From positions 1 to 64,000 of the IMG/VR virus record IMGVR_UViG_3300048586_000548: DNA of 64,000 bases; one strand, given 5' to 3'. Of the stretch, positions 43,447 through 54,200 are shown one piece after another. The notes under the pieces are model-generated. The model was not told the origin of the DNA. It did no database searches and worked only from the letters and a program-made list of their open reading frames with translations. A program made the translations under genes and the position numbers. The DNA is from a virus. Positions within the stretch are counted from its first letter, which is position 1; every line of letters starts with the position of its first letter.

Positions 43447-43471
43447 TTCGCTCGGCAGGGCGCCACCTTAC
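43447..43471 (-). promoter_or_regulatory. GTAAGGT-N14-CGAA promoter-like motif
   Basis: Exact match in the intergenic gap upstream of the dut operon. Confidence 0.65.
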
Positions 43472-43529
43472 AAACGACAAACGCCAGCTGGTGAGCTGGC
43501 GTTGGGGCGACGGACAATCGGGTGGTGGG

Positions 43530-44243
43530 CTAGAACACGTAGCGCAGGCTGACACTGGCGTGGGGACCGCGCATCTTGCCGTCCCACAGGTACATGCCGA
43601 AGTCCGCGGAGGGGACCAGGCCCTTGCCCACCTCAAACGCCATCCCTGCCCGCACCTGGGCGGGACCGGTGGGTGAATACGACCCTTCGATGTAGTTGTA
43701 GACTCGCTTCCGGGGCAGTGGCACGTCCACGTACGGGATCTGCACCTCCGCCAGCTCTCCGCGCCAATTCACCACGGCGAAGTGCGCGTCACCCGTGCGC
43801 ACAATGCCCACCTGAGGGCTGAAGGCGGGACGCGTCAGCTGGTACTCCACACTCAAGGGCCCAAAGGCGGGCGGGGCGGTCACTTTTCCGGCGATCACTC
43901 CCGCAAAGGTGGAGTCCAAGAACTCGGCGGTGCGGGTCTCGCCGATCACCTCGGTGTACAAGGTGTCGTGGCGCACCAGCGTGTCCCGCTTGGGCACCCC
44001 GATCTGCACCCCAGCGATCAGCTTCCCGTTGAGCTGGCGCGCGGCCTTCAGCAGTTCTGCCAGGGAGTCGCGCTCCACGACCGTGACGGCCAAGCGCGCG
44101 GCGGTCTCGGCGCTCAGGCGCTGCTCGGCGATCGCCTTCGCCTTGTTCGTCCGGGACGCGGCAAGCGCGCTCGAGACCACGCGATACCCCAGCGCGGCGA
44201 GCAGCAGCCCACCCACAAGCAACGCCCAATGTTGACGCTTCAT
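43530..44243 (-). CDS. membrane-anchored protein, possible spanin-like lysis accessory
   Basis: N-terminal TM, coiled segment, beta-strand-like C-terminus ending SLRYVF; follows the holin-like gene. Confidence 0.5.
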   Translation of the reverse strand: MKRQHWALLVGGLLLAALGYRVVSSALAASRTNKAKAIAEQRLSAETAARLAVTVVERDSLAELLKAARQLNGKLIAGVQIGVPKRDTLVRHDTLYTEVIGETRTAEFLDSTFAGVIAGKVTAPPAFGPLSVEYQLTRPAFSPQVGIVRTGDAHFAVVNWRGELAEVQIPYVDVPLPRKRVYNYIEGSYSPTGPAQVRAGMAFEVGKGLVPSADFGMYLWDGKMRGPHASVSLRYVF

Positions 44244-44572
44244 CGTCCGCGCACCAACAGCGACTGGATCGCGTCGAGCTTTTTGGAGACGTCCTCGAAT
44301 TGCCGCTGGACGGTGTTGCTCAGGTCATCGACGCGGCGGCTCAGCGCAGGCGGGCCGCCACTCGCCAGGTCGCGCTCGAGCAGGGACAGTTGGGTCTCGA
44401 GCTTGGCCACCCGCTCCAACGCGCCGCGGCTGATTTCTCGTTCCCCGCTACTGTTGAGCAGGAGCACAAAAAAGGCTCCCATCACTGCGGGAACCGCCCA
44501 ATTCAGCATGCGGGCAGTAAAACTGGACCAGGTGCCCGTCATGCTGTCGCTGGGGCGCTTTGTTGGTGTCAT
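44240..44572 (-). CDS. putative holin-like single-TM, coiled-coil protein
   Basis: TM WAVPAVMGAFFVLLL, then coiled coil; located after the tail genes. Confidence 0.45.
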   Translation of the reverse strand: MTPTKRPSDSMTGTWSSFTARMLNWAVPAVMGAFFVLLLNSSGEREISRGALERVAKLETQLSLLERDLASGGPPALSRRVDDLSNTVQRQFEDVSKKLDAIQSLLVRGR

Positions 44573-44573
44573 G

Positions 44574-44625
44574 CCACAGTTCCCCGATTCAATAGGCTAC
44601 GAGTAAGTCGAATCGGGGACTGTGG
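44574..44625 (-). promoter_or_regulatory. hairpin covering the RBS of the 44572 gene
   Basis: CCACAGTTCCCCGATTCAA and TCGAATCGGGGACTGTGG inverted arms. Confidence 0.65.
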
Positions 44626-44635
44626 AATCGTGGGG

Positions 44636-44881
44636 CTACGCGGCGGGGGTCACTCCACCATCCGCCAGCTCCAGCGCCTCGTACACCAACTCGCCCGTCG
44701 CCTCGTCCAGCTGGGCCAGCTGTTCCGGGGCGATGCCCTGGGCGTCGAACACCAGCGTCAGCACCCGCTGCCCTTCACGATCGGCCTCGGCGAGGGCGCT
44801 CCGCAGGGTGTTCACTGCGCGCTGCGTGTCCTGAATCTGCTGCAACTGCACTGCGGTAAGCTTCTTGCGAACTTCGGCCAT
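44636..44881 (-). CDS. hypothetical protein
   Basis: GGGGGA SD; helical. Confidence 0.65.
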   Translation of the reverse strand: MAEVRKKLTAVQLQQIQDTQRAVNTLRSALAEADREGQRVLTLVFDAQGIAPEQLAQLDEATGELVYEALELADGGVTPAA

Positions 44882-44884
44882 GCG

Positions 44885-45064
44885 TCATCCCCCTGGTGTA
44901 ACGTGATGCCCCTTGAGCCGCAACGTGGCGGCGAGTTCCAACAATTCCCATGCTCGTGCCTGCCAATTGACCCCCGCGGGCAGTTCCGCTGCGCGATACA
45001 TTGCCATTTCCAGCAACGCACGCCCTCCTGCCTCCAATGCGGTCACACATTCATGACATGCCAT
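44885..45064 (-). CDS. small hypothetical protein (MACHECVTALEAGG...), not in the ORF track
   Basis: 59-aa ORF that fills the gap directly after a promoter motif. Confidence 0.5.
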   Translation of the reverse strand: MACHECVTALEAGGRALLEMAMYRAAELPAGVNWQARAWELLELAATLRLKGHHVTPGG

Positions 45065-45074
45065 AGTCTTTCCA

Positions 45075-45099
45075 TTCGTCGGTGACGCGTAGACCTTAC
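45075..45099 (-). promoter_or_regulatory. GTAAGGT-N14-CGAA promoter-like motif
   Basis: Exact match overlapping the TAA of 45096..45308. Confidence 0.65.
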
Positions 45100-45308
45100 G
45101 GGACCAGCGTGGCCGCCACCGTTACCACGGCACCCACGGTGAGTCCCGTGGCTTCCGCGGCGGTCATGCCGCCGATACGCACATTGATCGGTGCCACGGC
45201 GGTGCCGTAGCCGGGAGCTTGCGACGGCTCGTTGGGGCTCAGGATCACCGCGTAGGCAGTCCCGGTCATGGTGACAACTTCCTGGCGTTCAATCACGGTG
45301 TACTGCAT
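45096..45308 (-). CDS. small hypothetical protein (tail region)
   Basis: Beta-rich small ORF. Confidence 0.65.
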   Translation of the reverse strand: MQYTVIERQEVVTMTGTAYAVILSPNEPSQAPGYGTAVAPINVRIGGMTAAEATGLTVGAVVTVAATLVP

Positions 45309-45329
45309 GGGTCGAACCTTTCGTTGCGG

Positions 45330-46253
45330 TTAGCCGCCGCCACACGGATCAATGGCGGTGATATTCACGGTGTCGTAGACGTAGCTGCTGTACTGGAATC
45401 CCGGGTCGTTCGCTGCGTTATAGGCCCGCATGGCCAAGTTGTACGTCCCTCCCGCCACGACGGTGTGGGTGAAGAACTGCCCCGAACCAAACCCCGCGGG
45501 GGTCACGCTCGAGTAGTAGCTGTTCACGTTCGTCACCGTGTACGGTGGTGCCGCATCGATGGACACCTCGATCGGGAAGGCGCTCAGCGGCGACTGGAAC
45601 ACGTGGATCACGTAGCGCGGCTCGAACTCGCCGCCCCCCACGTCTTCACAGTAGGTGACATCGCTGACGACGACACTTGGGGCCGGAGGTGCCACCTGTA
45701 CCGTGATGTTCTTCGACACCACCGGGGTGAAGTCACTCCACTCGCCGTACTCGCCGTTGCGCACGAACCGATGGCGCGCCTTCACGTAGAAGTCGGTATT
45801 GCTGACGTTGTCCAGGCCCGGAAACGACCGCGAGGCCGAATCCAGGCCCCCCGCCCCACCGCCCGTGAAGAACGTGGTCACCGTGAACGGCGTGGCCGCC
45901 GAGTACCCATACGCCCACTCGACTTCCCCGTCGAAGTATTCGTACGGCTCATCGCCCGGAAAGGGGTCCAACGTGGGCGGTGGATTCAGGAAATCCAGCT
46001 CAGCAAGCACGTCCGCGGGAGCGGTCTTCGTCAGGGTCAGCGTACCCACCGGGGCCACCGGCATGGGCACGCGGAAGACTTCCTTCCACACCCCGCCCGT
46101 GCGCAAAAAGGCGCGCCGCAGCCGACGCCAGCTCAGTGTTCCGCCGGACCGGTGCCGCACCCACAGCAGGTACCGATAGTTGACGTCCTGGGTCTTTGGC
46201 GGGATCCAGTCCCAGGTCTCCCCAGTGCGCACGCGCAAAAAGGACTTGTCCAT
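45330..46253 (-). CDS. tail-associated protein, Fn3/Ig-like
   Basis: FYVKARH..GEWSD and YNLAMRAYN patterns; position in the tail operon. Confidence 0.6.
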   Translation of the reverse strand: MDKSFLRVRTGETWDWIPPKTQDVNYRYLLWVRHRSGGTLSWRRLRRAFLRTGGVWKEVFRVPMPVAPVGTLTLTKTAPADVLAELDFLNPPPTLDPFPGDEPYEYFDGEVEWAYGYSAATPFTVTTFFTGGGAGGLDSASRSFPGLDNVSNTDFYVKARHRFVRNGEYGEWSDFTPVVSKNITVQVAPPAPSVVVSDVTYCEDVGGGEFEPRYVIHVFQSPLSAFPIEVSIDAAPPYTVTNVNSYYSSVTPAGFGSGQFFTHTVVAGGTYNLAMRAYNAANDPGFQYSSYVYDTVNITAIDPCGGG

Positions 46254-46254
46254 A

Positions 46255-47121
46255 TCAGTCGACGATCAACCACAGCGTACCCTCGGGAGCCGGGTAGTCC
46301 CCGCCCCCAAAGGCCACCGACGGCACCGTGGTGCTGGTGGTGCTGTACACCTTCCCCACCCGCGCGGCGCGCACGGATCCCCCGGCGGCCGCGCCGATCA
46401 GCGGGGCGTCGGCGGGACCATCGTCCCAGCGCACGAACGCGTCGGACCCCGTGGCGTACCCCGCCCCACCGAGCACCGCGCGCGTTGCGTCCGCCGTACC
46501 AGTGATCAGCCCGCCAGAGCGCAGTGCCGCGACCGCCCGAATGTCACCGTTCACGTCCAGCTTGTAGGCCGGATCTGTGCGCGCAATGCCTACGTTGGTG
46601 CCGTTGTCGTACAGCAGCGAATTGCCGACGACCGTCGACGCGGTAAACTTCGCCAGGTAGTTCGTCGTGCCACTGACCGTGCCGCTCCCCCCGCCCCCGC
46701 CACCGCCGCTGGCATCCAGTGCTCCGGTGGTTCCGTTGTAGGTCAGGTTGGTCCCCAGCTTGACCCGCAGCTGCCCCGACGCCGGATCCACTTCCAGCCC
46801 ACCACCCAGGTTGAGCCGCAGGAAGTATTCGGCTTCCATGCCGACCGTCAGGTCTTGCACGAACGTGAAGCCCTGGGGAACGTCCGCCACGGAATACAGC
46901 TTCAAACTCAGCCGACTCGTGGTGTAGGTCTCACCCGCCACAGTCGCGTTGACACTAGTAATCGTCAGTCCCTTGTCCACCCGAGGCTCCACCCGCAGGT
47001 ACGGGAGCCCCGTGGCCGTGTCGCTCAGCCGCATGCCCGACAGCAGCAAGTAGTTCATCGCCACGTCTTGCTTGATCGTATCCACACCCAGGGTGTGCTG
47101 CAGAATGCGCAACTGAATCAT
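46255..47121 (-). CDS. tail fibre-like protein
   Basis: GGGLEVD, Gly linker, YLAKFT..GNSLLYDNGTNVGI..PAYKLDVNG, PEGTLWL. Confidence 0.7.
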   Translation of the reverse strand: MIQLRILQHTLGVDTIKQDVAMNYLLLSGMRLSDTATGLPYLRVEPRVDKGLTITSVNATVAGETYTTSRLSLKLYSVADVPQGFTFVQDLTVGMEAEYFLRLNLGGGLEVDPASGQLRVKLGTNLTYNGTTGALDASGGGGGGGSGTVSGTTNYLAKFTASTVVGNSLLYDNGTNVGIARTDPAYKLDVNGDIRAVAALRSGGLITGTADATRAVLGGAGYATGSDAFVRWDDGPADAPLIGAAAGGSVRAARVGKVYSTTSTTVPSVAFGGGDYPAPEGTLWLIVD

Positions 47122-50100
47122 GCGGGTTCTCCGGCATCTTGGCAGTACGCCACCAGGGCCTCAAACTCCACCATGGGGTCGCCCCCGTAGCCCGGCATCG
47201 CCGGACCATTGGTCGCGGCAAAGGTTTGTACCGTCGCCCCACTGGCGGCGTGGACCAGCCGCACGCGATACATCCAATCCGCCCGGAACAAGAACACCCC
47301 CGGGGTGGGCTCGTACGACCCGGGGAACTGGATGTCCAGTGGCACGTAGATGCAGTGGCTGAAGTGTTCCCAGCTGGTGTTGGACACCGGCACGGTCACC
47401 AGCGTGTTCCACACGAACGGGTGCACCGTCGACACGTCGATGGCGATCATGTAGAACGGGCTGGGGAACGACGCGTTCAGCGCGGCACCGTTCCACGTAA
47501 TACGTCGCGTGTGGGGGGCCGCACAGTACGCAGGCTTCTCCGTGCCGGGATAGAACACGCAGATCCCGCGGTCCGTCGTCGCCACCGAGGCGGTGAGCGT
47601 CGCCGGTCCCGGCGGCGGTGGGGTCGCCGTGGAGGCCCAATAGACCGCCTTGGCGGTCTTGTAACTGGTGGGCCCGCCCCCAAACGGGGTGAACGTCACG
47701 GTGTAGTTCCATTCCCGACGCACTGCGTCGGCCACGGAGGACAAACTCACGATGTCCTCGCCCACCGCGTGCAAGAACCCGCCGATGTCCGGGTCACCCG
47801 GCGTCACGCCGCTCGGGTCCATCTGCACATCCCGGCCCGCGACCAGGGAGACGATCGTGCTGGCGGTGTCCGACCGCGACGCCGTGATCGTCACGGTACC
47901 GGTAGTGCTCGGAAAGATCGGGTAGCGCAGTTCCACGTGGTCGGAGGCAGGCGACGCGGTGGCCGTCGCTTCCTTCAGGCCCGGCGTGGATGGTCCCCCC
48001 GAGACGGACGTGGCAAAGGAGCGCGCCCCGTCCCGTCCAAAGGAATTCTCAGGGATCGCGATGCCGTACCACGTCCCCACGGACACGTTGAACGTAAAGT
48101 TCGTTTGCGACACGCTGCCGCTGAACCGCAAGTACTTGTTGTCGACCGGGCCGTCCTGCGACCCCTCAGTCGTGGTGGGCCAGTTGCCCTTCCGCAGGTA
48201 CACGCGCCAGTACTTGGCGTCGTCGTCCGCGCCGCTGATGCTTGCGGTCACGGTATCGGTCGTCGAATCGTAGCTCAAGGCGAAGCCCAGCAGGCGCGCT
48301 TCCGAGTCCGGATCCACCAGGGCGAGACGCGGGTTTTCCTGCACCACGCCGGTCTTGGTCCCAAAGAACTCGAAATAGAACTCGGACGCTCGGCTCCGAA
48401 ACTCCTGCCCCGCGGTTGGCAAGAACGGCGTCACCGTGTCGTCGACGGCGATGTTCGTCCGCACCCGCACTTCCACGGCACCGTCCAGCAGCTCGTAGCC
48501 CTCGGTGTATTCCGCCAAGCGCGGCACCGTGCCGATCAGCGTCATCGTGGTGGCGGTGTTAGCCGCCACCTTCCGGATCACGGGCAAGGGCGGCTTGTCG
48601 GTTTCATCCACCAGGCTCTTCGGCCGAGGCAACAGTCGAATGTAGTAGTGATTCAGTGGTGCGGAGGCGTAGGCGTTCACCGTCCACGCCGCGAGCCCAT
48701 CGGTCAGCAGGGTGTTGCCTTCCACCGTGCTGAGGCCTGTCGTGTCGCCTGCCGACACCACCGCAGGCAGCGGCACCACGGAGAAGGTGGCACGCACCGT
48801 GTTCTCGCTGCGGTCGCCGTTCTCGTCCTTGTTGTCGAACGTGACGTACGAGCGCGGGGTCCGCACCAAATTCCGGGTCACCGTACCGCCCGCGGTGCCC
48901 TCCGTCTCGCTGGCCCCCGTATTCCACCCGGCGTAGGGCACCAGCGTCAAGGTCTTCTGCTGGCCCAGCGTCAAACTCACCGTGCCGGTGACGCGCTTAA
49001 AACTGCGGGTGTCCACGTGCCGCGGCACCAGCTCGGTGGGTTCCGGGGGCACGGCCCCCGCCGCAGGCGGATCGACGTACCACTTCACCCCCAGGGTGTC
49101 ATCATCCACCACCGCGACGAACGTCACGGTGTTGTTGCTCGGATCGATGGACGTTTCCAGCGACGTGATCGACGGGGTGGAGTCGAAGTCCACCAAAAAG
49201 GTCAGGGTGTCGCTGTCCAAGTCGTTCGCGTCGGTCGCCCACACCCGAATCCACATGTTGTCGGACTGCCGCTCGAGGGGCACGAATCGCGACCGCACGC
49301 CGAGCGGGTCGTCCAGCACGGCGTCCAGGGCGTTGTCCACCAGGAACGGGAAGTCTTCCGCCTGCTGCGGCACCGGGAACAGCACGCGCGGCGTGGTGTC
49401 ACCCTTCCGCTGGTAGTACAGCGACACGCCCTCGAACGCGGCTTCTTCGGCGGCCATCGGGCTGTAGGCAAAAATTTCCACGAGCGCGTACTTCGCAGGA
49501 TCGTTGTACGGAGCCCCGAAGAACGTCTGCTCCGCCGCCACCAGCTGCCGGAACGCCACCACCGGGCCCACCGGGGTGTCCGGGTTGACCACGTCGTCCG
49601 CGGGCGTGTAGTTCCACACCGCGGCGTCGCTCATGGGCTGCTCATTGCGGGACCGGTCGAAGCTGGCGAAGTAGTACGGGCCGTAGTCCTCGGCGAAAAA
49701 CGACATTTCGTCTTCGCGGTCAAACAGCCCGAAGTCCGTCATCACCTTATAGTCTTTGTAGATCAGCAGCGCCGTCCCAACGGCTGGGCCAACCGGGGGC
49801 GCAAACGGATCCGCGCTGTTCCCGTAGACCTCTGGGGACTGGTTCAGCGTGATCGCCCCCGCCGTATTGGAGACCACCGTGTACACCAGCGGGTCGTCGC
49901 CAATCTGCACGTTGAAGCCAATCAGTGCGTCAACCTCGAGCTCCGGGTCGTCCACTTCGACCACGGGCCCTGTGACGGAGAACACCTCGTAGGGGTACTC
50001 GTCGTCGGCGGCACCATTCATGATGTCTTCGCGGTAGTACACGTTCACGCCCTGGTAATCGCGGTCATCCGGTGTCTTAAACCGGACAATCGCAATCTTA

Positions 50101-51245
50101 TTGATCACCTTCGGAAAGCCTTCCTCGAAGACAATCGGTCCCGGCGCGAAGGTGTCACCTGCCACCACGTACCGCACATCGCTCAGGCCGGACAGCACAG
50201 CTTCGTCCAGCAGGCCCACCGACTGCAGCGCGTACTCGTAGGGCAGCCCCGCCACCACGGCCAGGTCCTTGTATTCCATGACTGGAGCGCTGCCGGTGCG
50301 GGCGATCCGGATCAGCTCGCTGAACGAGCCCACTGCCGCCTGGGCGCCCACCCAGCCCGGATCAGACTCGCTGAACCCCAGTGGGAGTCGACACCGCACC
50401 TCGGTGTTCTCGTCGTCATCCAGCTGCACGCGCACCACGGTGCCCACCGCATACGAGCCCGACAGCAGATTGGCGCCCGTCGCGATGGTGCCCGTGTGGT
50501 CGCCCTTGATGGTGACCACGAACTGATCGTCCAGCGCCACCGCGCCGACCGTCAAGATCAGTCCGTCGTCGTCCACCAAAGTGCCGATATCCGTCGGGGT
50601 CCGACGCAGCACGCGGTACCCCCCGGCGGTGGCCGCGGCGAACCACGTCAGCGTGTTCACCGCCGCCCCGGTCTGGGCGTCCAAGTACCCCGTGCGCAGG
50701 TTCTGCCACACCGGACGCGGCGGGCTTTCCGACAACCCACTCAGGGGCAGCGACACCGGCACCTGCACCGACGTGCGTGGGGCCTGCAGCAGCACCGCCA
50801 CCACGTACCGGCCCGGAGGAAATTGCAGCGGAATCGAGCCACTGCCCTGCCCGCGGCGCACCAGTGTTTCGTCGACGTACACCGCGTACTTGCCGCCGCT
50901 GCCCCCGAGCTCGAGCTGCAGATTCGCCGACACGGACTTCGGGGTATCGACCACCGCGCGGAGCATTTGCACCGTGCCCGTCGGCGCCGTAAACGACACA
51001 AATCCGTCCGCGCACTGCAGCAGCGCACCGCGGCCGGTCGCCGACAAGAACGCCTGGTAGAACTCTTCCAGCTCCGGCAACACCGTGCCCGGAAGTTCCA
51101 GCAACAGCCAGGACTGCCCACTACCGTCGTTCAGCGCCGACAAGTCGCTCTGCACGGCACCGTACCAATTCCCGACCGGCCCGCCGATCTTGTTGGTATC
51201 CTGCCGAATCAGCTTGCGGACCATTTCCAGCAGTGACAACGCCAT
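47118..51245 (-). CDS. large virion/tail protein (1375 aa)
   Basis: Beta-rich; codon bias fits the - strand; position in the tail operon. Confidence 0.75.
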   Translation of the reverse strand: MALSLLEMVRKLIRQDTNKIGGPVGNWYGAVQSDLSALNDGSGQSWLLLELPGTVLPELEEFYQAFLSATGRGALLQCADGFVSFTAPTGTVQMLRAVVDTPKSVSANLQLELGGSGGKYAVYVDETLVRRGQGSGSIPLQFPPGRYVVAVLLQAPRTSVQVPVSLPLSGLSESPPRPVWQNLRTGYLDAQTGAAVNTLTWFAAATAGGYRVLRRTPTDIGTLVDDDGLILTVGAVALDDQFVVTIKGDHTGTIATGANLLSGSYAVGTVVRVQLDDDENTEVRCRLPLGFSESDPGWVGAQAAVGSFSELIRIARTGSAPVMEYKDLAVVAGLPYEYALQSVGLLDEAVLSGLSDVRYVVAGDTFAPGPIVFEEGFPKVINKIAIVRFKTPDDRDYQGVNVYYREDIMNGAADDEYPYEVFSVTGPVVEVDDPELEVDALIGFNVQIGDDPLVYTVVSNTAGAITLNQSPEVYGNSADPFAPPVGPAVGTALLIYKDYKVMTDFGLFDREDEMSFFAEDYGPYYFASFDRSRNEQPMSDAAVWNYTPADDVVNPDTPVGPVVAFRQLVAAEQTFFGAPYNDPAKYALVEIFAYSPMAAEEAAFEGVSLYYQRKGDTTPRVLFPVPQQAEDFPFLVDNALDAVLDDPLGVRSRFVPLERQSDNMWIRVWATDANDLDSDTLTFLVDFDSTPSITSLETSIDPSNNTVTFVAVVDDDTLGVKWYVDPPAAGAVPPEPTELVPRHVDTRSFKRVTGTVSLTLGQQKTLTLVPYAGWNTGASETEGTAGGTVTRNLVRTPRSYVTFDNKDENGDRSENTVRATFSVVPLPAVVSAGDTTGLSTVEGNTLLTDGLAAWTVNAYASAPLNHYYIRLLPRPKSLVDETDKPPLPVIRKVAANTATTMTLIGTVPRLAEYTEGYELLDGAVEVRVRTNIAVDDTVTPFLPTAGQEFRSRASEFYFEFFGTKTGVVQENPRLALVDPDSEARLLGFALSYDSTTDTVTASISGADDDAKYWRVYLRKGNWPTTTEGSQDGPVDNKYLRFSGSVSQTNFTFNVSVGTWYGIAIPENSFGRDGARSFATSVSGGPSTPGLKEATATASPASDHVELRYPIFPSTTGTVTITASRSDTASTIVSLVAGRDVQMDPSGVTPGDPDIGGFLHAVGEDIVSLSSVADAVRREWNYTVTFTPFGGGPTSYKTAKAVYWASTATPPPPGPATLTASVATTDRGICVFYPGTEKPAYCAAPHTRRITWNGAALNASFPSPFYMIAIDVSTVHPFVWNTLVTVPVSNTSWEHFSHCIYVPLDIQFPGSYEPTPGVFLFRADWMYRVRLVHAASGATVQTFAATNGPAMPGYGGDPMVEFEALVAYCQDAGEPA

Positions 51246-51248
51246 CGC

Positions 51249-54200
51249 TTAGCTCCCACCCCGGCGCGCTGGTACCAAGACCAGGTGCGTCGCCAAATAA
51301 GTCGTCTGTGCCAGTGCCTTGCCCACGGCCACTGGCTGATGTCCGGTCGCGAACGGGGACAACAGCGTTGCCTCGAACTTTTCCGAACTGTTGTGGCCGA
51401 ACGCCCATCCCGAGAGCAGTGATCCGCCCGTGATGTCGTCCTTCCAGCCCACCCATGCGCCCGCGTCGTACCGCACGCTGTTGTTCACCGAGCTGCCCTG
51501 GTAGCGCGTGCGCCACCAGTACGCAGCGGCGTACGCTTCCCGGCCACTCTCAAAGCTGGGGAACAGTCCGGGCGATTCCCACACGTACTCGGACCGGAAC
51601 TTCAGCCCAAACCATTCCAGCACATTGGTATGAAACTTCGGATACGCAGGGTTCTTGCGCGCCATGCCCGTGACAATCTCTTCGTACACATAGTTGTTGA
51701 TGTAGTACGGCCCCGACGGCGCAATTTTGACCGGGGCTTCCCCGGGGCGCTTGTTGCGGCTGTACATCCCGCGCAGCTCTTCGTAATGCGTCCACTCGAC
51801 CTGCCGCACGTAATCAAGGGTGTCGCCAGTAACGGACAACGCGCCCGACCCTACGGCGAGCTTAAAGGGCCACTGGCTGGCGTCCACCTTGGACTTCGGC
51901 CAGAAGCGCAGCGGAGAGCCCGTCGGCTCGCGCACCGGGCTCGACCACACTTCGGCCGCCGCGATGTCCGCCCCTTCGTTCTTCTCTTGCCCGTCCACCT
52001 CGCCCACGTAGTCGTGCCGCTCACTCTCGGTCGTCGCAAAGCAGTAGAACTGCCGCAAGTCGATTTCAGAGTTCTCGGTCAGGTTCAACGCGGCGTAGCT
52101 CGGCGTTTTGGTGCCCAAGTACCGCGGCACGCACATCGGCGGCACCAGGTGGTACGGATGCAGATCTCGGCTGATCGACGGCACCCACGTGGGATTGGTC
52201 TCCCACGTCCAGGTGCCCAGCGCGGCGGGGAGTACCCGGTTATTGGTCGCCCACTGCGCGGGCATGATGCTATCGGCCAGTCCCAAGTGCGCGATGGTGT
52301 ACTGGTCCGCGGCCAGTCCGAGGGTGAGCCACGGCTCCTGGGCGAACCCGATCGTAGTGGCCAGCCCGCTGGTCGTCATCTCGTGCTGCCACCACCAATG
52401 CTCCAGCAGGTGGTCCAACAGAGACCCCGAGCTCGCGCCGTGCGCCGCCAACTGCCCCGACTTCCACCCCGGCTCCTTGGTCCACTGGCGACACACCACC
52501 GTACGCCGGTGCGCGTACATGGCATCGTCTTCCCACGTCACCGCCGTGGTCTGGTTACTGATCTTGGCCTGGTCCACGAAGCTGCGGTTGATGCCCCAAC
52601 TGGATCGTCCGGACCGGTCCGTGGCGTACGCCGACAGGTAGAAGAGGTAGCTCATGAGTGCGAAGTTCAACCGCGCGCGACCTGAGGCGATGCCCCGGGT
52701 CTCGGACCAACCCGGCACCTCCTCGAGCTGCAAGTAATCGCCGAATTCCAGCGACTGCGGCAACCCAGTGAACTCGAAGGCCGCTCGGAAGTCCTGCGGG
52801 CGGAACACCCACTCGGTGACCCCCGCGTCACCGTCGGTCCACTTGAACGTCTTCGCCTTGCGGTACCCCTGGTCATTGAAGCTCAGGGTGTGCTCGTCAT
52901 TGTGCAGCAGCCGGTTCACCAAGATGCGCTGCTCGACCGTCGTTTCCGGGTACACTTGTCCCGTGAACTGTGCCGACTGGTCGCCAATGATTGCCTTGAG
53001 GTGCACCTGGCGATTCAACTTCACTGAAATTTCCGACGTCCGGCCCGCCCACAGGCCCCCGGGGCGATCCGCCACCTTGAAACGCACGCGCACGGGCTTG
53101 TCGTTGGCGATATACGCAGCAAGACTCGTCTTCGACCCCGAACCGCCCGCGGGCGTTTCCCAGCCGCCCGTACCGCCCGGAACGTAGCCGCCCGCGCTGG
53201 TCCAGTCGTCGATCTTGAGCTCGATCTTGGTGGGCTCCGGCAGGTGCGTCAGCACCCGCAACTCGGGCAACGCCAAGTCCTGATCGTCGATCAGCCGCAG
53301 TTCCGCATCCACCGGATCCGTCAAGGCCTCGAGGTACACAAACCACTCCCCGAACGTCCCCTGCCCGATCAGCGGCTTGCCGCTACCGTCCAAGCCGGTC
53401 CACACCACCGCCAGCTCGCCCAGCTTGCCGCCGCTGAGCTCTTGGTTCCAGGCATAGAAGCCCTTGCCGATGCGCGGCCGCTGGTCCGGCTCGAACGTGC
53501 CCTCCACCAGCGTGGCGTACAGCTCGGACTGCGTGGCATTCCACTCGCCCAGCTGGTCCACGCCGTCCCACTTGAACTGCCGCTTAGCGCCGACCGTCAG
53601 GTACTGCCAGTGCCGCTCCGGTTCGGCTGGGTCGGCCGTCGGCTCGGTCAACCAGGCCACGATCGTATTGTCCACCGCTGAACGCACCGACAATCGGTAG
53701 AGCCCGTCCGCCAGGACGTCCATCTGTGCGGTAACGACCTCCCCCAGTTCCGAAGCGTACGGGTCGTAGAACGGGCTGTACGGCAGGGTATTGCTGAGCG
53801 GCACCTTCGCGGCCGTGTACGGCTCTGCGCTCGCCGCCATGCGCCGGTACCGGACGTTGAACGTCGGGTACGCCGGGCGGGCGAAGCGCGCCGCGACGCC
53901 GTCACCCTGCTTCCACGGCAGGGCGAGCTGCGGCGTCGCGTAGTCCACAGTGAAGAATTCATGGTACGGCGTGTTGGCCAACCATCCGGACAGCGCGCCC
54001 ACCACGTGACTGCCGTTCACGCGCGCGCGCCAGTCGATACCCAGTGTGACCGGATACTCCAACGTAAACTTCTTGCCCACGCGCACTTCCACCGCACGAT
54101 TCCCGGTCCGGGGCACCGTGACGATTTCGTAGTAGAACAACCCCAACTTGTCCGTACCCGCCGGGAACATCTGGCCGGACGGCAACTCGGCAAACGCCGC

